A DNA stretch of 37,351 nt from Gammaproteobacteria bacterium (GCA_002715785.1 PBAA01000048.1:1-37351), one strand, 5' to 3'; counted from the stretch's first letter, positions 26,191 through 35,239 are shown. The notes: generated by a model not told the origin, from the sequence alone. Made by a program: numbers and translations.

Positions 26191-27365
26191 TCTTTGAGTA
26201 CGATGCTATTTGTTAGTTCCCAGGAGATAAACACTTCATCGCTCGAATCGAGGGTGGGCACGGATGCTCGAAATTGATTTTGTGCGCTGATCTCGATGAC
26301 GTTCGAAGTATTAGTCGCAACTCGATAAATCGTGCGATTTCCATAGTAACCGAGGTCCGTTACCACGCCTTTGATAGACGTGGTGAATTCAGACGATATG
26401 GGCTCCTTGCTGATCGCAATTTTCTCCGGTCGAACAGCTAGCCAGACTTTACTTCCCGCGTGGACTCCCGGCGTTGGCGGAGCTTTGATGACACCGATGT
26501 CTACGGTATCAATGAGCAAGTACTGATTGGTGATAGCCGTGACGTTGCCCTCAAACATATTCATAGTCCCGAAAAAATCGGCGACAAAGCGATTTGAGGG
26601 GGATTCGTAGACATGGGTCGGGGTACCCATTTGTACAAACTTGCCTTCGTCCATGACCGCGATTCTCGTTGCCAAATTCATGGCCTCTTCCTGATCATGG
26701 GTGACGACGACGAACGTAATACCGAGTTCATGTTGTATGTTCATCAGCTCGAATTGAGTACGCTGCCTGAGCTTCTTATCCAACGCTGCCAACGGTTCAT
26801 CTAGAAGAAGAACTTTGGGCTTTTTCACCAGCGCCCGTGCCAGCGCAACGCGTTGTAGTTGGCCGCCGGAAAGTTGGTGGGGTTTTCGTTTTTCGTAACC
26901 GGAGAGTTGAACTAGCGACAGTATTTGAGCAACTTGTTCACCGATTCGTGCCTTATCGATACCTTCTTTCCTCAGTCCGTACGCGACGTTGTTCTCAACG
27001 GTCATGTGCGGAAAAACCGCGTAGGATTGAACCATCATATTCACGGGACGCTGATAAGGGGCCAGTCCGGACATGTCGATCCCATCGATGAGGATCCGGC
27101 CGGCCGAAGGTGTTTCGAAGCCTGCAAGCATGCGAAGCAACGTTGTTTTACCGCACCCGGAACCCCCGAGAATTGCAAATAACTCACCTTGGGAAATGTC
27201 GAGATCGACGCCGTCCACGACCGTGACGCCATCGAACTGTTTCGATAGGTTCTCAATTCGAACAAACGGCTCGGTGTTGGCGTTGCCCCCATTGCTCGCT
27301 CGGACAGGTTCCGGTCCGGCTTGATCTTGCGTGCCGTCGCCTGATTTGTTTACCGGGATCGTCAT
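26187..27365 (-). CDS. potG: Polyamine ABC transporter ATP-binding protein, PotG/PotA-like
   Basis: Walker A GGSGCGKTT, signature LSGGQLQRVALARAL, Walker B LLLDEPL and a C-terminal TOBE-like domain. I chose the start ATG 27365 (MTIPVNK) because it forms an ATGA overlap with the potF stop. 27389 is also possible. Confidence 0.85.
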   Translation of the reverse strand: MTIPVNKSGDGTQDQAGPEPVRASNGGNANTEPFVRIENLSKQFDGVTVVDGVDLDISQGELFAILGGSGCGKTTLLRMLAGFETPSAGRILIDGIDMSGLAPYQRPVNMMVQSYAVFPHMTVENNVAYGLRKEGIDKARIGEQVAQILSLVQLSGYEKRKPHQLSGGQLQRVALARALVKKPKVLLLDEPLAALDKKLRQRTQFELMNIQHELGITFVVVTHDQEEAMNLATRIAVMDEGKFVQMGTPTHVYESPSNRFVADFFGTMNMFEGNVTAITNQYLLIDTVDIGVIKAPPTPGVHAGSKVWLAVRPEKIAISKEPISSEFTTSIKGVVTDLGYYGNRTIYRVATNTSNVIEISAQNQFRASVPTLDSSDEVFISWELTNSIVLKE

Positions 27366-28474
27366 AGACCCGATTTCACTCGCGTCCATACTCGCGACCG
27401 TAGTCGTTCTAATTTCGGATGCAGCGTTTGAGTAGCGCTTAGTCGCTTGAGCGTGGCTGCGTCGGGATAGATGGCCGGATCCGTTACGATGTCGGCATCC
27501 ATCAATAGGCTTGCTTCCCGGTTAGCGTTGGCATAGCCAATGAAGTTCGAGACCTCAGCGATAACATCGGGACGCATGATGAAATCCAAGAATAAGTGCG
27601 CACCGTATACATTCGCAGCGCCGGCGGGAATATAGGCAACGTCGAACCAGATGAGTGACCCCTCAGTTGGGATCGTGTAACCGAGGGTTATATCGATACC
27701 GGCGTCGGCTGCACGGCGGTTCGCCACTGAGTAGTCGCCCGACCAGCTCATTGCGATACAAACTTCTTTGGCCGGCAAATCGAGTAAAAGTTTGGTGGAA
27801 CTGAAGTATTTAACGTGCGGTCGAATCGAACGCAATAACTGTTCTGCCTGCTGCAAGTGCGCCGGCTCAACCGAGTTCGAATCGTGACCGAGGTAAAGCA
27901 TCGCCATACCAATAACCTCGCTGGCCGAATCCAATAGTGACACGCCGCAATCCGCGAACTTGGACACCGTTTCGGGATCGAAAATCAACTGCGCACTGCC
28001 GACAGGCGCGTTTGGCATGCGTTCGGCCACCATCGCCTTGTTGTATGAAAAACCGGTCGTTCCCCACATATATGGGACGCCATATTGATTACCCGGATCG
28101 TATTTAGCGAAATTTGTGAGAAGCACAGGATCCAGGTTCCCCCAGTTTGAAAGCCGTTCTTTATCGAGCGGTTGAAATACGCCTATCGGTATAAGCCGCG
28201 CAGAGTTGGTGGCGGCATGTACGATCACGTCATACCCGGACTTTCCTGCCATGAGTTTTGCGTCAACGATCTGGGCGGAATCATAAACGTCGTAGTTGAC
28301 TTTGATCCCGTACTCGTCTTCGAAGTTCTCTAACGTGGTTTCGCCGATGTAGTCGGCCCAGTTGTAGACGTTAAGGACTTTTCCATCATTTTCGGAAGCA
28401 AAGACACCTGCACCCGCGGTGATCAGTATCGCGGCTGTGGATCGCGTGAACATTAAGAGCGGTACCCGTCTCAT
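27362..28474 (-). CDS. potF: Periplasmic polyamine (putrescine/agmatine/spermidine)-binding protein, PotF/SpuD-like
   Basis: Signal peptide (..ITAGAGVFA/SE), then LNVYNWADYIGE..LE.FE.E.GIKV.YDVYDS, which is typical of the PotF/PotD/SpuD family. Confidence 0.85.
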   Translation of the reverse strand: MRRVPLLMFTRSTAAILITAGAGVFASENDGKVLNVYNWADYIGETTLENFEDEYGIKVNYDVYDSAQIVDAKLMAGKSGYDVIVHAATNSARLIPIGVFQPLDKERLSNWGNLDPVLLTNFAKYDPGNQYGVPYMWGTTGFSYNKAMVAERMPNAPVGSAQLIFDPETVSKFADCGVSLLDSASEVIGMAMLYLGHDSNSVEPAHLQQAEQLLRSIRPHVKYFSSTKLLLDLPAKEVCIAMSWSGDYSVANRRAADAGIDITLGYTIPTEGSLIWFDVAYIPAGAANVYGAHLFLDFIMRPDVIAEVSNFIGYANANREASLLMDADIVTDPAIYPDAATLKRLSATQTLHPKLERLRSRVWTRVKSGL

Positions 28475-28618
28475 GAGGGGATCAAGCTAACACAATAAAA
28501 GTTGACGTTTGCCCCAGTCGAATGAACGTGCTCACTACCCCGTCGGCGAATAGGAAGCGAAGCGTTGACCATGAGATGATCACAGAGAGCGAGGTTGGAA
28601 ATTGCGCAGAAAACGGCC
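28475..28618. promoter_or_regulatory. Divergent intergenic region between the potF operon and the spdH-like gene
   Basis: This call is positional only. TTGACG at 28508-28513 is a possible -35 for the plus strand, but I found no convincing -10. Confidence 0.25.
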
Positions 28619-30463
28619 ATGAATTCGGACCAATACCTTGGCATGTACCGGGCAATTACGCGGCGTGATTTTATCGGTGGGATGGCGGTAACCGCGGCTG
28701 GGTTGGGGTTCACAGGCCGTATTGCGGCAGACAATTACCAGGCCTATCCGCCGGCACGGACGGGTATGCGGGGTTCACATCCGGGCTCCTTTAACGTTAT
28801 GCACGAACTCGCGTTTAATGGAACGTCGCCGGGTAGCATTCCGGTTTCTGATACAGCGCCTTATGATCTTGTGGTTGTCGGTGGCGGCCTCAGTGGCTTA
28901 TCCGCGGCGTATTTCTATCGGGTAGCCAACCCCGGCGCTCGGGTCCTAATTTTGGACAATCACGATGATTTTGGCGGGCACGCGAAGCGCAACGAGTTCT
29001 CCTATCAGGGCAAGACGCATATCGGTTTTGGCGGTAGCCAAACGCTCGAGAATCCGGGGCAATTCAGTAAGGTGACCAAAAACTTGCTCCGTGAGCTAAC
29101 CGTGGATGTTTCCGAGTTCTACGAAGCTTTCGATCAGTCTTTCGCGAGAAACCATGGGCTACGGAGTCAAGTTTTTTTTGACAAGGAGCATTACGGTATC
29201 GATCGCCTGGTACCCATAACGCTCAACGAATACCTGGATCCTGGTTTCGCGAATCAGGCGAACAACGTGCCGTTATCGGAACGTGCGCGCGCTGAGTTGC
29301 TGAATTTGATGACCAACAATCAACGGTCGTTAAGGCACCTCAATCGCCGCCAGCGCCGAGAATTTCTTGGCAGCATCAGCATCGAGCAATTTCTTCGCGA
29401 ACATTTGGGGTGTGGGGATGAAGTGGTCCATTTGTTGGGGAAAATAACCCTTAACTATTGGGCCTTAGGAATCGACGCGCTCTCGGCCCGCGACGCCGTC
29501 GACATGTGGTTACCTGGATTTGGCGGCTTATTGCGTCAACGTGATGTGGATGAAGAACCGTATATTTTTCACTTCCCCGATGGGAATGCGTCGCTGGCGC
29601 GATTGCTGGTCAAAAAACTGATCCCCGCAATTACTTCAGCTGACAACATGCATGAAATGGTTACTGCACGAATTGACTACGAAGCGTTAGATCAACCAGA
29701 CGAGGATGTGCGGATCAGGCTTAACAGTACCGTGACCAATGTTGCCGAGGTCCAGAATACGCACGGTTCAAACGTGAGAATTCAGTACGCCACAGGCGGT
29801 CAGTTGTTTGACGTGTACGGTAAAAACTGCGTTCTCGCTTGTTACCACCGGGTTATTCCGCATATTTGTCCAGCACTACCTGCCGAGCAGAAAGCGGCCC
29901 TCGCGCAAAGTGTCAAGGGACCATTGGTGTACACCAACGTGTTGATTCGAAACTGGCACGCGCTGAAGAACTTGCACATCGGCAGGGTGTACTGCCCCAA
30001 CGGGCGCTATCACTCGATAGCAATGGACTTCCCTGTCAGCCTCGGTGGGTACGAATTCGCCAAGACGCCCGACGACCCGGTCGTATTACGTCTTGTCCAC
30101 GTGCCGTATACGCCAGGAACAGGCTTAAGTGCGAAAGATCAGTGGCGACTCGGTAGACGTCAAATGATGGCGCAGTCGTTCGCCGATCACGAAAGAAGCA
30201 TCAGGCAACAACTCACCTCCATTCTCGAACCGGGCGGATTTAACGCAAGCCGGGACATAGAAGCGATTACCGTTAATCGTTGGCCGCATGGCTATACATA
30301 CGAATACATTCCTCTGTGGGATAAATATTCGGGCGAGGGGCCGCATGTTCGGGCAAGAAAGACGCAAGGTCGCATTGCCATCGCGGGCAGTGATTCCGGC
30401 GCCAGCGCTTACGCACAGGCGGCCATCGATCAGGCGTTTCGTGCTGTTAACGAACTTGTTTGA
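28619..30463 (+). CDS. spdH: Tat-exported FAD-dependent oxidoreductase, spermidine dehydrogenase (SpdH)-like
   Basis: Twin-arginine signal AITRRDFIGGMAVTAAGLGF, then YPPARTGMRGSHPGSF and YDLVVVGGGLSGLSAAYFY..LDNHDDFGGHAKRNEF. These match what I recall of SpdH-family proteins (about 620 aa). The CDS call is strong. The specific function is moderately supported. Confidence 0.7.
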   Translation: MNSDQYLGMYRAITRRDFIGGMAVTAAGLGFTGRIAADNYQAYPPARTGMRGSHPGSFNVMHELAFNGTSPGSIPVSDTAPYDLVVVGGGLSGLSAAYFYRVANPGARVLILDNHDDFGGHAKRNEFSYQGKTHIGFGGSQTLENPGQFSKVTKNLLRELTVDVSEFYEAFDQSFARNHGLRSQVFFDKEHYGIDRLVPITLNEYLDPGFANQANNVPLSERARAELLNLMTNNQRSLRHLNRRQRREFLGSISIEQFLREHLGCGDEVVHLLGKITLNYWALGIDALSARDAVDMWLPGFGGLLRQRDVDEEPYIFHFPDGNASLARLLVKKLIPAITSADNMHEMVTARIDYEALDQPDEDVRIRLNSTVTNVAEVQNTHGSNVRIQYATGGQLFDVYGKNCVLACYHRVIPHICPALPAEQKAALAQSVKGPLVYTNVLIRNWHALKNLHIGRVYCPNGRYHSIAMDFPVSLGGYEFAKTPDDPVVLRLVHVPYTPGTGLSAKDQWRLGRRQMMAQSFADHERSIRQQLTSILEPGGFNASRDIEAITVNRWPHGYTYEYIPLWDKYSGEGPHVRARKTQGRIAIAGSDSGASAYAQAAIDQAFRAVNELV

Positions 30464-30518
30464 GACGCGGCTACGGGACCAGCGATATTGGGTCGTCAAA
30501 CACTAATGATCAGGCTGA

Positions 30519-31718
30519 TCAATGAAGAGATTTCACCGGGATATTGGCCGCAGCGCTCGGTATTTTGTCTCTAATGAAATCCGCGAAATGCTTGACCAAG
30601 TTTTCTTTGTCTGACAGAACGCCACTTTGATAACTGCTGGAAATTAGTCCTTTCTGTACGGACTCGATGAGGTCGTTGTCTTCGTCTTGCACCCGATCGT
30701 TAATTCGAGAATTGAGGTATCGAGTCGCTCGCATGGCGCGCGAATCATCTTGAAGAACGTACGACTGACAACGAAGTAGTGACTTTCCTGGCGCAACGGG
30801 CAAGATCTGAAAGAAATTCACTTGGTCAGGATAACAATCAAAAAAGTTATTGGGATACAGCGCGTAATAAGTCCAGCGGCGGCGCATCTCTTTCGGAAGA
30901 TGCGTCTGGTCAGGTAACAGTTTGTTGTAGGCTTCAGCGCTCCAACTCGGTTGGGGACGGGCGCGCATTTTATGGCTTAATCGTGCGACATCCGGGCCGA
31001 GTGGTTCCCGATCGTATTGCTCTTCCATCAGCCCGAAGAGACCACGATGGCCGATGAAAAAATGATAGTCCTCAATAAAATTCTCGACTCCTACTTTCCA
31101 GTCGGCGTCGACGGCGTGGGTCCACATTACGGGTTTCGTCTCGGATTTTTCCTCAGGGGTCATCAAAAGTGTTTGATACGCCATGAACTCTTCGTGAACG
31201 GGTGACATCCTTTCGGCGACACCAGCCCCTTCCGATCGAAATCTGATGAAGATAAATCCGCCGTAGATTTCCATGTCGACAGGCGATAACGCGAAGTGCT
31301 GTGCGTCGTGGGGAAGAAAACTCGTGGGGTGTCCGATTGCTGTGCGGTTGCCTTCCAGATCGTAAGTCCAACCGTGATAGGGACAAACAAACTTTCCTGG
31401 GCACGTTCCACGGTCGTCGTTGAGCAAGATATGCGCGCGATGCCGGCATACGTTATGGAATGCTTTTATCTCGTCGTCTTGCGTGCGAACGACGACAGCG
31501 CGTTCTTCGTAGAGTTGAAAAGTGATGTAACAACCAGGTTCAGGAAGGTCGCTGGTGTGACCCACCAATTGCCACGACGAGAGGAATATCTTCTGTTTTT
31601 CTGCCTCAAAAAAGTCCTGACTATAATAAACCCAGGCCGGAAGAGTGGCCGTTAGATGACCAACGGAATCCGGCTCTATTTCTCCTTGATCACGGGGTTT
31701 GTCGGGTTGAACGGCCAC
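30519..31718 (-). CDS. Rieske [2Fe-2S] non-heme iron oxygenase, alpha-subunit type (GbcA/choline-monooxygenase-like subgroup)
   Basis: Rieske motif CRHRAHILL..(17)..CPYHGWTY and mononuclear iron motif ENFIEDYHFFIGH. I moved the start to GTG 31718 (AGGGA lies 7 nt upstream). The listed 31925 start has no Met until far downstream and would overlap the divergent puuB-like start. Confidence 0.8.
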   Translation of the reverse strand: MAVQPDKPRDQGEIEPDSVGHLTATLPAWVYYSQDFFEAEKQKIFLSSWQLVGHTSDLPEPGCYITFQLYEERAVVVRTQDDEIKAFHNVCRHRAHILLNDDRGTCPGKFVCPYHGWTYDLEGNRTAIGHPTSFLPHDAQHFALSPVDMEIYGGFIFIRFRSEGAGVAERMSPVHEEFMAYQTLLMTPEEKSETKPVMWTHAVDADWKVGVENFIEDYHFFIGHRGLFGLMEEQYDREPLGPDVARLSHKMRARPQPSWSAEAYNKLLPDQTHLPKEMRRRWTYYALYPNNFFDCYPDQVNFFQILPVAPGKSLLRCQSYVLQDDSRAMRATRYLNSRINDRVQDEDNDLIESVQKGLISSSYQSGVLSDKENLVKHFADFIRDKIPSAAANIPVKSLH

Positions 31719-31905
31719 GTCAAGATCCCTTGATAAGGGAAAATCGTACAAATAATGCGCGAAATTTATTGGGCACAGTCGATCACGGAGCGCCAGATTT
31801 TTGGGAATTCTACCATGGCGAATTCTGTGTATTTTCGTGGTTAGACCAGACAAGATGTGCCCCCCTACAATGGGGACTCGAACCAAACTGCTATAGGGAT
31901 CCAGC
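31719..31905. promoter_or_regulatory. Divergent intergenic region between the Rieske oxygenase and the puuB-like gene, containing a GAATTC-N9-GAATTC repeat (31805-31825)
   Basis: Positional call plus a visible repeat: GAATTCT at 31805 and again at 31820, flanking CCATGG. This is a possible operator. No regulator gene is adjacent. Confidence 0.25.
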
Positions 31906-33174
31906 TTGCCTGCTGAAGAACACACCGGCTCATATTACGCCGCAACGCGGACGGATCGGACGGCCTATCCTCCGCTTGATGGAGAAGAGGAAACGGAGGT
32001 CTGCATTGTCGGCGGTGGATTCACTGGCGTTGCTTGTGCGCTCACGCTTATCGAACGGGGCCATCGGGTGACGCTCCTGGAGCAGCACAGAATCAGTTGG
32101 GGGGCGTCAGGACGAAACGGCGGTCAGCTCATTCATGGATTAGGGGGTACCAAACAGCTGGGCCGCTTTCTCAGTGAAGATAAAATTCGGGCCCTTCATT
32201 ACCGCGGCAATGACATCATCAAAGGACGAATCGAAAAGTATCAGATCCAATGTGACCTAAAGGCCGGGTTCATCGAAGTTGCATTCAAACAAAGTCAGAT
32301 GGACGGGCTGGTTGAGGATTACGAGGAACACCGAGAGTGGAATTTGGATGAACATTTGCGGTTGGTAGATCGTGACGAACTGAAGTCATTGCTGGGTACC
32401 GACGTCTACATCGGCGGGATGATCAACGACCTTGACGGACATCTGCATCCGCTCAACCTATGCGCAGGTGAAGCGCGAGCTGCGGCGGGGCTGGGTGCGA
32501 GCATCCATGAGCAAACTGAAGTGATCGATATAGTTCATGGCGACAAGGTTCGCGTTGTCACTCGGCAGGGGGCAGTAATCGCCGACAAGGTATTGTTAGC
32601 GGGAAATGCGTACCAGCATCTGGAACTGAAGAAACTCTCTGGCCTGGTGTTCCCGGCAGGAAGCTTCATTATTGCAACGGAACCTCTACCTGACGATGTG
32701 ACGGACCGGATCAACCCGACCGACCTGGCTGTTTGCGATCTCAACAACGTTCTTGATTACTACAGACTGTCTGCCGACAAGCGGCTGTTGTTCGGGGGTC
32801 GGTGCAACTATTCCGGAAAAGTACCTACGAGTATTGAAGACAGCATGGTGCCGAGGATGCTAAAGGTCTACCCCGAGCTTGAAGGTAAGAGAATTGATTA
32901 TGCGTGGGGCGGCAACATAGGCATCGTCGTGAATCGGGTCCCTTGCATGGGGCGCGTCACCGACAATATTTTCTATTCGATGGGATATTCAGGCCATGGT
33001 GTGGCACCGACCCACATTGCCGCGGAGATCGTGGCTGATGCGATGGACGGTGCCACCGACGTACTACAAGCGTACGAGAACATCAGCCACTTCCGAATAC
33101 CCTTTGGACAATGGTTTGGGAATCAGATCGTTGCCTTAGGCATGTTGTATTACCGGCTGCTTGACGAGCTCTAG
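31906..33174 (+). CDS. puuB: FAD-dependent gamma-glutamylputrescine (gamma-glutamyl-polyamine) oxidoreductase, PuuB/PauB-like
   Basis: The N-terminus EEHTGSYYAAT...EVCIVGGGFTGVACAL...LE...I.WGASGRNGGQ parallels E. coli PuuB (MTEHTSSYYAAS..CVVGGGYTGLS..GASGRNGGQ) from memory. TTG 31906 is the only in-frame start after the TAG at 31894. AGGGA lies 6 nt upstream. Confidence 0.8.
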   Translation: MPAEEHTGSYYAATRTDRTAYPPLDGEEETEVCIVGGGFTGVACALTLIERGHRVTLLEQHRISWGASGRNGGQLIHGLGGTKQLGRFLSEDKIRALHYRGNDIIKGRIEKYQIQCDLKAGFIEVAFKQSQMDGLVEDYEEHREWNLDEHLRLVDRDELKSLLGTDVYIGGMINDLDGHLHPLNLCAGEARAAAGLGASIHEQTEVIDIVHGDKVRVVTRQGAVIADKVLLAGNAYQHLELKKLSGLVFPAGSFIIATEPLPDDVTDRINPTDLAVCDLNNVLDYYRLSADKRLLFGGRCNYSGKVPTSIEDSMVPRMLKVYPELEGKRIDYAWGGNIGIVVNRVPCMGRVTDNIFYSMGYSGHGVAPTHIAAEIVADAMDGATDVLQAYENISHFRIPFGQWFGNQIVALGMLYYRLLDEL

Positions 33175-33398
33175 ATGCGCTGTCTTTGAAACGATCGACG
33201 ACGACGTGAGCTGATTAAAACGGCGCCTCCGCCGATAAACACCATCGGCAGGAGCGGCACGACCAGTTCCACCCAAGCGCCAATCGTTGAGCCCGAAAGC
33301 TGTTGAAAAACGAGCGGTGCCCAGGCATTCCCAAATACGAGCAGGTAGGCGCCGAAAAAAACCATCACGATCGCAATACACCATGAGGCTGCCTTCAC
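33171..33398 (-). CDS. Possible small two-TM membrane protein (75 aa)
   Basis: GTG start. There are two hydrophobic helices (WCIAIVMVFFGAYLLVFG and AWVELVVPLLPMVFIGGGAVLI) and an Arg-rich tail. It is more protein-like than the overlapping Arg-rich 94-aa frame (33136..33420). No homology recognised. Confidence 0.3.
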   Translation of the reverse strand: MKAASWCIAIVMVFFGAYLLVFGNAWAPLVFQQLSGSTIGAWVELVVPLLPMVFIGGGAVLISSRRRRSFQRQRI

Positions 33399-33444
33399 CG
33401 GAATTTTGATCCATGGTCATGTCGAAGGCATTTCGTATCGATCG

Positions 33445-34311
33445 TCATAACGGGTCCGATTGTGGCGTGGTTTTTTCTACTTGCAATTCATCTCGCCATT
33501 TCGTGATGTTCATCTCGATCGCTGCGAACCCGGCGACCCAAAGGAGTTCGTCCCACAAGTAAAGCCAATGTGACAGTACAGCCCAGTAAACTCCAAATGT
33601 TAGAAGTATTAGGTACATAAGAATCTTAAGTGAATTGGCGACCGACAAGATGAAGCCTTCGGTGATGCCTCGATCTTGCAACCGGACGACAGTCTCTATC
33701 GCAAGTAGGATCAGGAGCCACAGCATCACTTCCCATAGATCCATCCAGGCGAGGACGCGCTCGAGTTCAAGGCCGACTTTGTCGGTCACGATCAAGCCGC
33801 TTGTCACCCAGTACAACTCTGTCGATGCGGACAATGTGTCGCATGTCTCGAGGGTGACGTCTGTGTATCCGAGGTTGTAAACGTACGATACGTCTTCACC
33901 TATCATGTCGCACAAGTTGGAGACGTTTTCGACGGCCAAGGTGGGTTGTAGGTTGATGGTCGTTAGAACGGCGGCATACAAGGTATGGGCAATCATTGCG
34001 TAGCAGCCAAAACGGACGCCGCGTACTACGTATGCCACCCAACCTTCCCAGTCTTCGTCCTCGAGAACATAAGTCTCAAGTTCGAGCATGCATAACAGAA
34101 GAATCCAGCCCACTAGGTCGATACTGGTGGCAAACTCGGCCATCCAATCAAAGATCGTGGATTCGCTCATCAGCGTGTAGGCAACTCTGTTCCAGTCTTC
34201 GGCTATGTAAAAGGCGAAGTTGACGAGAAGCAGCGCATAAACCGTCCATTTCAGGGCTTGCTGGATTTTGTGAGCGTTCCAGGTTCGGGTGGATGTGGTT
34301 GCGGGGCTCAT
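33445..34311 (-). CDS. Uncharacterised integral membrane protein (about 6 TM) with a thrice-repeated acidic helix motif
   Basis: Hydrophobic helices at roughly aa 20-40, 60-85, 90-118, 189-210, 220-245 and 247-272. Helices 2, 4 and 6 each start with Asp and carry Glu 12-15 residues later (IDLVGWILLLCMLELET, MDLWEVMLWLLILLAIET, WDELLWVAGFAAIEM). No family recognised. Confidence 0.6.
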   Translation of the reverse strand: MSPATTSTRTWNAHKIQQALKWTVYALLLVNFAFYIAEDWNRVAYTLMSESTIFDWMAEFATSIDLVGWILLLCMLELETYVLEDEDWEGWVAYVVRGVRFGCYAMIAHTLYAAVLTTINLQPTLAVENVSNLCDMIGEDVSYVYNLGYTDVTLETCDTLSASTELYWVTSGLIVTDKVGLELERVLAWMDLWEVMLWLLILLAIETVVRLQDRGITEGFILSVANSLKILMYLILLTFGVYWAVLSHWLYLWDELLWVAGFAAIEMNITKWRDELQVEKTTPQSDPL

Positions 34312-34443
34312 TGGTGGATCATACTGGTGGGCTGGGCGAGTCCGAGTCCTCCATGACTACCGGCGTGGACGATGTAAGCAACTCGGTTTTCGTACAGTCG
34401 CGAAAGGAACAAAGTACGCTAAGGGCAACGATAGGAAAAGTCC

Positions 34444-35073
34444 ATGATGAGACATAAAGCCGTTAATGGTTGGACGCTTTTTTCGATCGTCGTTGTACCC
34501 ATGTGCTCGGCTGCTCTGTTGGCGATGACAGCGGTGGATTTATCTAGCTCGCTTGGTATTTCTTCGATGATCCAGTTTTCGGTTCGTCTGGCGGTGCCGT
34601 GGTTGTTTATCGCATTTTGCGCTTCGTCTTTGGTTGCCATCTTCCCGGGAGAATTTAGTCGTTGGGTACTCCGAAATCGCCGCATGTTTGGCCTCTGTTT
34701 CGCCGCGGGAATGGCTTGGCAGTTGTTTTTTATCCTCTGGCTGGTCGTCGGACACTTCGATTACTACATGGAGGAGGCCTACGATTACCTCAGCCTGCTT
34801 GAACAAGTTCCTGGATATGTGCTGCTTATTGCGATGACGATTACGTCGTTCCGGTTTGGTCGAAGTAAATTAAGCCCGAAACATTGGAAAATTCTGCACA
34901 CGGGAGGCATCTACTTTATATGGTTCGTTGTCTGGACGACCTACTGGTTCGAACTTTTCTACTATGACGATATTCAGTTTATTGATTACTTATATTATTG
35001 GGCCGGTTTTACAGCCTGGGCGTTGCGAATGGCGGCGTGGACGTTGAAGCGGATGCGCCAACCGGCGATCTAA
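34444..35073 (+). CDS. Integral membrane protein, possibly ferric-reductase-like (MsrQ/YedZ-type) heme-binding TM domain
   Basis: AGGAAAAG SD lies upstream of the ATG. It has five to six TM helices. RNRRMFGLCFAAGMAWQLFFI, VVGHF and KILHTGGIYFIWF resemble the Arg-rich loop and conserved His positions of ferric-reductase TM domains. This is tentative. Confidence 0.5.
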   Translation: MMRHKAVNGWTLFSIVVVPMCSAALLAMTAVDLSSSLGISSMIQFSVRLAVPWLFIAFCASSLVAIFPGEFSRWVLRNRRMFGLCFAAGMAWQLFFILWLVVGHFDYYMEEAYDYLSLLEQVPGYVLLIAMTITSFRFGRSKLSPKHWKILHTGGIYFIWFVVWTTYWFELFYYDDIQFIDYLYYWAGFTAWALRMAAWTLKRMRQPAI

Positions 35074-35239
35074 CCGGCCCGCTTTCTCGATCGTATCAGT
35101 GTCCTAAAGCGCGGCTAATATCGTCAATCCAATATCCGCGAGAGCGGCGGCAATCACCGCGTAACGAATCTGCGTTGGAGCGTGCTGCGCGACGATGAGG
35201 TGCACCTGATTACCATCTGCAGACATTCAAATGCGCGAT

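Noticed and set aside
30507-30521. Near-palindrome TGATCAGGCTGATCA between the convergent spdH-like and Rieske genes
   Set aside because: It is too short and AT-rich to be a convincing intrinsic terminator, has no T-tract, and overlaps the Rieske stop codon. I could not identify convincing rho-independent terminators anywhere in the window by eye.
31719-31925. Long 5' extensions in the ORF track: Rieske to 31925, potI to 25384, TonB receptor to 19539, CCO to 2251, MTHFR-like from 16028
   Set aside because: The extensions lack family-typical sequence and overlap neighbouring genes or their starts. Internal starts give better SD sequences or ATGA coupling and family-typical N-termini. I treat them as artefacts of taking the first possible start.
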